This document shows positions 56,992 to 64,000 of a stretch of 64,000 nt of DNA, in pieces (within the stretch, counting starts at the first letter, position 1; each line of letters begins with the position of its first letter). The stretch is from Myxococcota bacterium (GTDB lineage Bacteria > Myxococcota_A > Bradymonadia > UBA7976 > UBA1532). The position numbers and the translations under genes were made by a program. A model generated the notes under the pieces. It had not been told where the DNA came from. It saw nothing but the letters and a program-made list of their open reading frames with translations, and ran no database searches. The stretch lies in assembly GCA_036337435.1 (NCBI GenBank), contig JAYZEG010000041.1:64001-128000 (forward strand), in the 5' to 3' direction.

Positions 56992-58458
56992 GTGGTTAAT
57001 CGCCTGCAAGGTTATCATCCGTCTGCTCTCGTAAAGATTTTTGGAATCCTCATAGGCCTTGTGGTCGGTTCTGGATGCGGGGGCTTGGCCCCGCGCACAA
57101 AAGCCAAGAAGCCGACACCCGTTGCGGTGCCTTTACAGCCCCCCATCGCATTAGAGCCTGATGCATTTGATAAACCAAGAAGACAAGCCGGCTCGATTCT
57201 CATCTTCAATGCGACGATTTTAACGGCGGACGATGACAGGCCTCGGATTGAACGTGGCTGGATCAGACTCAAGAATGGTGTAATCGAGTCACTCGGTCCA
57301 AGTCCTGCACCAGCCCAAGCGGATGGCGAACAGCGATTTGATGCAAAACACGGGTTTTTGACGCCAGGCCTCGTGGATACACACAGTCACCTGGGTGTTT
57401 ATCCATCACCCCATGTATGGGCACATTCGGACGGCAACGAAATGACCAATCCGATCACATCAGGAATTCGAGCCGAAGAAGCGTTTTGGCCCCAGGACCC
57501 TGGCATTGAACGCGCCGTTGCCGGTGGTGTAACAACCATTCAAATTCTACCTGGTTCAGGGAACTTGATGGGCGGGCGGGGCGCTGTCCTGAAGCTCCAT
57601 CCCAGCAGGGAATCCCGTGCAATGAAGTTTCCGGATGCTGCTGACGCTCTTAAAATGGCGTGCGGCGAAAATCCAAAACGAGTGTATGGAAAAGGTCGGC
57701 GCGCCATGCCCATGAGTCGTATGGGCAGCCTCTTTCTAATGCGTAAAACGTGGATTGCTGCCCGGCGATATAAGCTCGCTTGGGACAATTGGCGTGAGAA
57801 TCGTGAAAAAATGGTCTCGGGAATTTTGATGCCTGTCACGCCGCCTAAGCGCGATTTAAATCTCGAAACCTTAGCTCTGGTACTCGATGGCAAAATTAAC
57901 GTGCATGTTCATTGTTATCGAGCTGACGAAATGTTGCTACAGCTGAAGTTAGCCAAGGAGTTTGGTTATAAGATTAAGTCTTTTCATCATGCCGTCGAGG
58001 CCTACAAGATTCGAGATGTTCTTGCGAAAGAAGGCGTGTCCGTTAGCACGTGGGCAGATTGGTGGGGTTTTAAAATTGAAGCCTATGATGCCATCGAGCA
58101 AAACCTCGCACTTTTAACCGAGAGTGGTGTCATTGCCATCCTACACACCGATAGCGAAGAAGGCATTCAACGAATGAATCAAGAAGCGGCCAAGGCGTAC
58201 TGGGCCGGAGTTCATTCGGGGGTCAAGCTCTCCAAACATGATGCGCTGAAATGGATCACCTATAATCCAGCAATCGCTCTCGGTATCGCTGATAAAGTCG
58301 GCAGTTTAAGCGTTGGAAAACACGGTGATGTTGTCCTATGGGACCGCCACCCTTTTAGCGTATATTCAAAGCCCCAATTAGTTTTAATCGATGGACAAAT
58401 TCGATTCAGTTCGATGCAGAAAACGCCCCCATGGAGTGATTTCGAGGTGGGTCAATGA
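56992..58458 (+). CDS. Amidohydrolase-family lipoprotein (metal ligands intact)
   Basis: Lipobox-like GSGC; PGLVDTHSHLG, KMACGENPK, HCYRADE, HHAVEAY, HTDS. Confidence 0.9.
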   Translation: MVNRLQGYHPSALVKIFGILIGLVVGSGCGGLAPRTKAKKPTPVAVPLQPPIALEPDAFDKPRRQAGSILIFNATILTADDDRPRIERGWIRLKNGVIESLGPSPAPAQADGEQRFDAKHGFLTPGLVDTHSHLGVYPSPHVWAHSDGNEMTNPITSGIRAEEAFWPQDPGIERAVAGGVTTIQILPGSGNLMGGRGAVLKLHPSRESRAMKFPDAADALKMACGENPKRVYGKGRRAMPMSRMGSLFLMRKTWIAARRYKLAWDNWRENREKMVSGILMPVTPPKRDLNLETLALVLDGKINVHVHCYRADEMLLQLKLAKEFGYKIKSFHHAVEAYKIRDVLAKEGVSVSTWADWWGFKIEAYDAIEQNLALLTESGVIAILHTDSEEGIQRMNQEAAKAYWAGVHSGVKLSKHDALKWITYNPAIALGIADKVGSLSVGKHGDVVLWDRHPFSVYSKPQLVLIDGQIRFSSMQKTPPWSDFEVGQ

Positions 58459-59666
58459 CTTTATTGATGGCTCTGACAGTTGCTCTCGTCGGTGGAGAGA
58501 TTCATACAATGACTGGGTCGCCGATTGCCCGAGGCACAATCTTAATCGACAACGGCAAAGTGTCCGCTGTTGGCACCGATATTGACATTCCAGAAAACGC
58601 ACATGTGATTCAGTTGGCTGGCTCAATTGTCACACCAGGTCTCATCGATGCCTGGACCCAGCTTGGCTTGGTGGAAATTTCAGGTGTCGATGCGAGTAAT
58701 GATACTCGTTCGGGTCTCGGAGACGTGACTGCATTTCACCGTGTCATCGATAGCTACAATGCCGACAGTTCTCTTATACCGATTCAGAGGATACACGGAG
58801 TGACAACTGTCTTAGTCGTTCCTTCGGGTGGCCTCGTGTCTGGTGCCGCGGCCGTTTTCGACTTAAGTGGCCCTGCACCGGTTGTCCCGAATGCAGGATT
58901 GGTTGCTCGACTCGGCGGGCAAAGTAACGGGTCACGCGGCAGCCGATTCTGGCGTTTGCGAGCCCTGTTTGATGAGGCCATTGTCTATGGAAAAAACAAG
59001 AAGTCGTTTGAGCGGAATCAATATCGAGATTTGTTCGCGAGTCGGTTGAACCTTGAGGCTGTTCTTCCTGTTGCGAATGGCAGACAACGGTTGTTTGTTC
59101 GCGTCGATCGAAGGGCAGACATCAGAGCCTTGTTGGATTGGGCGGTGCAGCACAAGATCAAGCTGGTGTTGGTCGGGGCGCGTGAAGCCTGGTTAGAGGC
59201 GAAGCGCATTGCGAAAGCTGGTGCGAGTGTGATTCTCGACCCAACGGCAAACGCGCCTTCTAATTTCGACAGTATTCGGTCTCGAGCCGATGCTGCGACG
59301 ATTTTATTGGATGCGGGCGTTCCGGTCGCGATCAGTACATTTTCGACCCACAATGTGCGCAAGCTCAGACAGTGGGCTGGCAACGCCGTCCGGACAGGTT
59401 TGAGTCGTCGACAAGCTCTTGAAGCCATTACGCGCCGTCCTGGAGAAATCCTTGGGCTTGACGGTCATGGTTTGATCCGTGAGGGCTCTGTGGCGAATCT
59501 TGTCATCTGGTCGGGCGATCCCCTGGAATTCGCGTCTGCCGTGAAAGAAGTTTACATTCGGGGCGAGCGACAAACGAAATCTCATCGCCAGCGAGTCCTA
59601 TTCGACCGATACCGCAAGCTCCACAGGTCATCTCCGACGAAAGGCTCCGGAGACGTCCAGCCTTGA
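58455..59666 (+). CDS. Amidohydrolase-family protein, metal-binding histidines degenerate
   Basis: PGLIDAWTQLG in place of HxH; ANLVIWSGDPLE; start overlaps upstream stop (ATGA). Confidence 0.85.
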   Translation: MTLLMALTVALVGGEIHTMTGSPIARGTILIDNGKVSAVGTDIDIPENAHVIQLAGSIVTPGLIDAWTQLGLVEISGVDASNDTRSGLGDVTAFHRVIDSYNADSSLIPIQRIHGVTTVLVVPSGGLVSGAAAVFDLSGPAPVVPNAGLVARLGGQSNGSRGSRFWRLRALFDEAIVYGKNKKSFERNQYRDLFASRLNLEAVLPVANGRQRLFVRVDRRADIRALLDWAVQHKIKLVLVGAREAWLEAKRIAKAGASVILDPTANAPSNFDSIRSRADAATILLDAGVPVAISTFSTHNVRKLRQWAGNAVRTGLSRRQALEAITRRPGEILGLDGHGLIREGSVANLVIWSGDPLEFASAVKEVYIRGERQTKSHRQRVLFDRYRKLHRSSPTKGSGDVQP

Positions 59667-59793
59667 TGCACCGCGTTTCAGCCTAAAATCGTCGCTTTTA
59701 GCCATTTTTTCTGTTATAAGACCAGCAACCTAAGGACCGCCTTGGACGCGACTGAGGCGGTGGTTCTGATTTCGAATGAAGGAGGCGGCAAAG

Positions 59794-60927
59794 ATGAGCG
59801 GAGATTTTGTGCCAGGACTCGCTGGAGTCGTAGCAGCTAAATCGGCGATCGGTTGGATCAACGGACTAGAAGGAATTCTGCGATATCGTGGAATCAGAAT
59901 CGAAGAGCTGGCGCAACACAGCAGCTTCGAAGAGGTCAGTTACCTCCTTCTGATGGGCCGTTTACCCACAAAAGACGACCTGTCCGCTTTTGATGCCCAA
60001 CTCAAAGAATACCGAGCGGTTCCGGACGGCGTTTTGGCTATCCTCGGAAACTTGCCGAAAGACGGTCATCCGATGGTCGCGCTCCAGACTGCGGTTGCGG
60101 CCCTCGGTACATTTCACCAGCAGATGGATGTCACTGACCGAGACGGTAATCAGGCAGCTGCATTGAGATTGATTGCGTCGATGCCCACGATCGTGGCTGC
60201 GTTTGACCGCATTCGAAAGGGCCAGGCGGTTATTGCGCCTGATTCAGAGCTCAATCATGCAGCGAACTTTCTGTATATGCTGACGGGTGAGCGCCCAGAT
60301 CAGAAAGTCACGCGACTGATCGATGTATGTCTTGTTCTACATGCTGAGCACGGCTTTAACGCAAGCACATTCACTGGTCGTGTTGTCGGGTCGACGATGG
60401 CGAATCCATACTCGACAATCGCCGGTGCCATCGGGTCATTGTCTGGTCCCCTTCACGGTGGTGCCAACGAACGTGTCCTGCACATGCTGCGTGAGGTTGG
60501 TAGTGCGGATGCTGTTGCATCATTTCTCGAGACCATGATCAGCACAAAGCAAAAGATCATGGGGCTTGGGCATCGCGTTTACCGGGTTAAAGATCCGCGC
60601 GCGAACGTCTTACAAACGATGGCTGCGGACCTGTTTAGTAGCCATGGCTCGACCCCATTGTACGACATCGCCCATACCTTAGAGACCGAAGCTGCCAAGC
60701 GTCTGGGTGCCAAAGGCATTTATCCGAATGTCGATTTCTACAGCGGTCTCGTCTACGAGAAACTCGGAATCGAAGTTGACTTGTACACCCCCTTATTTGC
60801 GATATCACGTGTCGCGGGTTGGTCAGCCCATTGGCTCGAACAACTCGAAGACAATCGAATATATCGGCCGACGCAACACTATGTTGGGTCTACAGATTCG
60901 TCATACGTTGATATTGCGCAACGTTAG
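59794..60927 (+). CDS. gltA: Citrate synthase (type I/methylcitrate-synthase-like)
   Basis: LHAEHGFNASTF, GPLHGGAN, MGLGHRVY, PNVDFYSG; GGAGG RBS. Confidence 0.93.
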   Translation: MSGDFVPGLAGVVAAKSAIGWINGLEGILRYRGIRIEELAQHSSFEEVSYLLLMGRLPTKDDLSAFDAQLKEYRAVPDGVLAILGNLPKDGHPMVALQTAVAALGTFHQQMDVTDRDGNQAAALRLIASMPTIVAAFDRIRKGQAVIAPDSELNHAANFLYMLTGERPDQKVTRLIDVCLVLHAEHGFNASTFTGRVVGSTMANPYSTIAGAIGSLSGPLHGGANERVLHMLREVGSADAVASFLETMISTKQKIMGLGHRVYRVKDPRANVLQTMAADLFSSHGSTPLYDIAHTLETEAAKRLGAKGIYPNVDFYSGLVYEKLGIEVDLYTPLFAISRVAGWSAHWLEQLEDNRIYRPTQHYVGSTDSSYVDIAQR

Positions 60928-60941
60928 AAACGAGAGCTGCG

Positions 60942-61673
60942 GTGGACCGCTACGAATTCTTCTCGGGATTACCTCGGACTGAACCAGGTGGAACCATCTT
61001 CACGTCGGCTTATTTGAGCTTTGTTCAATTACAGCGCTCGGACCGGATACTCGACCTCCGAACAGGGACAGGCGAACGGGCTGTTTGGATTTGTCGGTCC
61101 AGAGTCGGAGAAGTGGTCGCTGTAGACCAAGACCCCCGCTTTTGCCGGCTTGCTCAATCCCGTGCCATGGATGGTGGAACAGGGGGTCGGATGCAAGCAG
61201 TCTGCGCCCGTTATAACGCTTTGCCATTTGTCGATGAGAGCTTCGCGTTGGTGATCGCTGAATGGGCACCCATCACGATGGGCTTGAAAGCCTCATTACA
61301 GCTGTGGAGGCGCTTGATTCCTATCGGTGGTTTACTCGCTATTTCGTACCCAGGCGTTGTCAACCGCGACGCGCCTACAGAAGTTCGAGGTCCGATTGAA
61401 TTGCGCATGGCGGAGCCGATGGCGACATTGAATGATTACCAGTCAACGGCGCGTTCCCTCGGTTATGAAATGGTGCATCAAGCGACTTTGGCCCATCACC
61501 TCTGGCAAAACTTCTACGCGGATACGACCCGTCGCGCTTGGGCTCTCGCTGGTCGAGATGAGGCCAACGTGACCGGTGCGATTCGCTCAATTCTCGATGA
61601 GGCGAATTGGTACCGTAATATTGGACGTGGCCGAGTGTTCTTACAGAGTATGTTACTCCGCAGAACGCGTTAG
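60942..61673 (+). CDS. Class I SAM-dependent methyltransferase
   Basis: ILDLRTGTG motif I, VAVD, LPFVDESF. Confidence 0.8.
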   Translation: MDRYEFFSGLPRTEPGGTIFTSAYLSFVQLQRSDRILDLRTGTGERAVWICRSRVGEVVAVDQDPRFCRLAQSRAMDGGTGGRMQAVCARYNALPFVDESFALVIAEWAPITMGLKASLQLWRRLIPIGGLLAISYPGVVNRDAPTEVRGPIELRMAEPMATLNDYQSTARSLGYEMVHQATLAHHLWQNFYADTTRRAWALAGRDEANVTGAIRSILDEANWYRNIGRGRVFLQSMLLRRTR

Positions 61674-61700
61674 GCAACGAACGAACAAGGAATAGACACT

Positions 61701-64000
61701 ATGCGGAAGATTGACCTTGGACTAAGCATTTTATTACTGGTGTTCTGTGCAGCGACCGGCTGCGATGATGGCTCAAATAATGAGAGCACGAATATCGTTA
61801 CAGCGGATGGCGGTCGACAGATTGCTGATGCCTCGCTCGACCAATCGATGACGCCCACCGATGCAGCAGTGCTGAGGGATGCTGGTCCGATAGCTGATGG
61901 CTCGAATCCAGCTGATAGCAGTCTATTGCCGCTCAGGGACTGCGAAGAAATCTGTGATTTCTATGTTGAGTGTGACCGTCTGGACCTGTGGATGGGTCGA
62001 CAGCGAAGTGCCTGCGTTTCTGCCTGCGAACAGGTCGACGATTTGCCGGCCTTTTCGGGCTATCGAGCGTGTCTTCAGACAACATCATGTGAAGGATTAC
62101 AAGATTGTCGATTGCCTGTAAGGCCTCGACCCACCTGTAACCAGGTTTGTGAAACTCTAGATTCATGTGGTGCCACGACTCGTTTACCGGCTGCGATACC
62201 GGGTGTTGAAGATTGTTCGTCCGGTTGTGGAACGCCATCAATATCTGCTGACATCCGCCGTTGTGGAGAGGCGGTTGTTGCTGACCCTGAGACCTGTGAT
62301 GAGCAAGAGTTCGCTTTGTGCATGCTGCGTGAGCAAGCTGCAACCTGTGTGCAGGTTTGCGAACGAAAAGAAGACTGTGGTTTGGTCGATGAGGTCATAG
62401 ACTGTGCAATTTCCTGCTTGAATCGTGATGTGCCAATGGATCCCTTGGCTCTTAGACGGATTCGTATCGAAGAGAACTGTGCTGAACAGTCTAATACTTG
62501 CGACGATTTTCTCAGTTGCCAGCGAATTGAAATTGATGGCGTAAATCCAGACGATGTTGCTCGAATTTGCGCTGCGGATGAAGCCTGTGCATTTTTTGGA
62601 GACCAGTGTGTTGAATCCGCAACAGATTTACTCACGTTGACCGACAACAACACCCTCGATTGCGCCGTCGACCGTCTTGAAAATCAGTGCGATGTCGGAT
62701 TGTTATCATGTCTGAGGCCGGCCTTTCCGCCCGTTGGCATGTGCGATGAATTCTGCGCTGTATCCGCAATTTGTGGAACGCTTCCTCAGGGCCAGCTTGA
62801 ACTGGAATGTGTGGCGGATTGCCGTGGGATAATTGAGTCAGAGGATCGCATTCGGTTGGCTGAGATTTGGCGCGGACTGGGCTGTGCCTATGCAAACAGT
62901 TGTGCTGAGTTTGTTGACTGTACAGAGCAGGACTTAGGCGTTCTCGATTGCGAAGGTCTCTGCCAGCGGCGAGCCGAATGTACCCCAGAACAAGACGATG
63001 GATGTGTGGATGCGTGCCAAGCACGTCAGTCGACCCTCAGAAATTGGGCAGAGCGGCTCTGTACACAGGCCGCTGCGACGTGTGACGGTGTCGGGCTTTG
63101 TGTGGCCGATAACCCGCCTCCATGTGACCGGCTGTGTACGCTCTACGAGGCGTGTGGCCAGGATGCGAGCGACTGCCAAACAGCATGTGATGATAGGGAT
63201 TATCTCGGCGAAGACACATTCGTCGAGGAATATGCTTGCGCCGCAGCAGGGCAGGGCTGCGATAGCCGATTGCAATGTCGCGGTGGAGACAGGCAGGCTG
63301 GGCTCCCATGCCTTAACTGGTGCCAGTTTCAAACACAGTGCAGTCAGGGCGACGTGGATATCCTAGATTGTCTAGACTCCTGTTCAGCTGGCCTTCCGGG
63401 TGAGCAAGGCCTCATTTTTGAGGCGGCAAACCAATGCCTTGTCGACCTGGGACCAGGACCCGCTTGTGACGATTTGAATGACTGCTTCGATGCCGTATCG
63501 GCAGATGAGTTGTGCGTTCAGTCGTGTAGCGAACAAGCCCGCTGTGGTCTCATCGATGACCCAGCCCAATGCGTCCAGCCATGCATAGATCGGTTCGATG
63601 CCAACGATGTCGATGAACTCAGCTGCATTTTGCGAACCCAACGGTTGAACGTTGGCTGCGGTGCTGTCGCCGAATGCACGGGCATTGAGGTAGACCCTGC
63701 CAGTGCAGATTGTTCAGCACTATGCCAGGCACAATCGACATGTGTTGCCGACTTTGACGTCTTTTTATGTGAACGAGGCTGTACGCCAGCCGGTGATGAC
63801 TTGGTCATCCGACGCAGGTGCGCCGAGCTGGCAGATTGTGAGACGTTGAATCTCTGCTTGCCCGATGAGATCCCAATCCCCGACGTGTGCAGTGATGCAT
63901 GCGCGTCCGCTGATACATGCGACGGTTTAATTGGAGAGGCAGCGGATGCACTGTATACAACGCGCGCTGAGTGCGAGGTTGATTGCACGGCCCGAGGGCT
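61701..64000 (+). CDS. Large Cys-rich repeat lipoprotein, 3'-truncated by window edge (not in ORF track)
   Basis: ATG 61701 with AAGGA RBS: MRKIDLGLSILLLVFCAATGC-DDGS...; recurring CxxxC-x5-C...CxxxC units (CEEICDFYVEC, CNQVCETLDSC, CVQVCERKEDC); no in-frame stop seen to the end. Confidence 0.85.
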   Translation, partial: MRKIDLGLSILLLVFCAATGCDDGSNNESTNIVTADGGRQIADASLDQSMTPTDAAVLRDAGPIADGSNPADSSLLPLRDCEEICDFYVECDRLDLWMGRQRSACVSACEQVDDLPAFSGYRACLQTTSCEGLQDCRLPVRPRPTCNQVCETLDSCGATTRLPAAIPGVEDCSSGCGTPSISADIRRCGEAVVADPETCDEQEFALCMLREQAATCVQVCERKEDCGLVDEVIDCAISCLNRDVPMDPLALRRIRIEENCAEQSNTCDDFLSCQRIEIDGVNPDDVARICAADEACAFFGDQCVESATDLLTLTDNNTLDCAVDRLENQCDVGLLSCLRPAFPPVGMCDEFCAVSAICGTLPQGQLELECVADCRGIIESEDRIRLAEIWRGLGCAYANSCAEFVDCTEQDLGVLDCEGLCQRRAECTPEQDDGCVDACQARQSTLRNWAERLCTQAAATCDGVGLCVADNPPPCDRLCTLYEACGQDASDCQTACDDRDYLGEDTFVEEYACAAAGQGCDSRLQCRGGDRQAGLPCLNWCQFQTQCSQGDVDILDCLDSCSAGLPGEQGLIFEAANQCLVDLGPGPACDDLNDCFDAVSADELCVQSCSEQARCGLIDDPAQCVQPCIDRFDANDVDELSCILRTQRLNVGCGAVAECTGIEVDPASADCSALCQAQSTCVADFDVFLCERGCTPAGDDLVIRRRCAELADCETLNLCLPDEIPIPDVCSDACASADTCDGLIGEAADALYTTRAECEVDCTARG

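Noticed and set aside
59736..59761. Hairpin in the citrate synthase leader as a riboswitch or terminator
   Set aside because: 8-bp stem without a U-tract or recognisable aptamer; insufficient evidence
61933..63988. Several minus-strand ORFs at the window end
   Set aside because: Shadows of the open plus-strand Cys-rich gene starting at 61701

Overview
Gene-dense bacterial chromosome segment with about 50 CDS. It is probably from a Myxococcota/Bradymonadia-like deltaproteobacterium, inferred from the Hanks kinase, Cys-rich repeat lipoproteins, OmpA-barrel proteins and TPR-CHAT gene content. Housekeeping genes include coaX, birA, epmA, yacG, acs, uppS, citrate synthase, a serA-like dehydrogenase, a TatT/DctP/DctQM (TPAT) transporter, a ureidopropionase-aminotransferase pair and a DASS symporter. 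I found no tRNA, rRNA, CRISPR array, transposase, integrase or reverse transcriptase. The most unusual part is 34.4-43.2 kb. It holds an RNase Y homologue with a degenerate KH loop and a translationally coupled pair: a pseudokinase-TM-FGE receptor-like protein and a STAND-like ATPase with helical repeats. Upstream are an RHH+HTH regulator and a ~600 bp intergenic region with three copies of a 20-bp palindrome (TGAATCCCAATTGGGATTCA) next to a hairpin-rich segment that may be an ncRNA. Other candidates are an OmpA-barrel gene coupled to a lipoprotein with ~44 Cys repeats (TraA/TraB-like logic), a secreted TPR-CHAT lacking the catalytic His/Cys, an HTH-less ParB (PadC-like) protein, and two edge-truncated genes missing from the ORF track. 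All calls come from motif recognition by eye; no searches were run.
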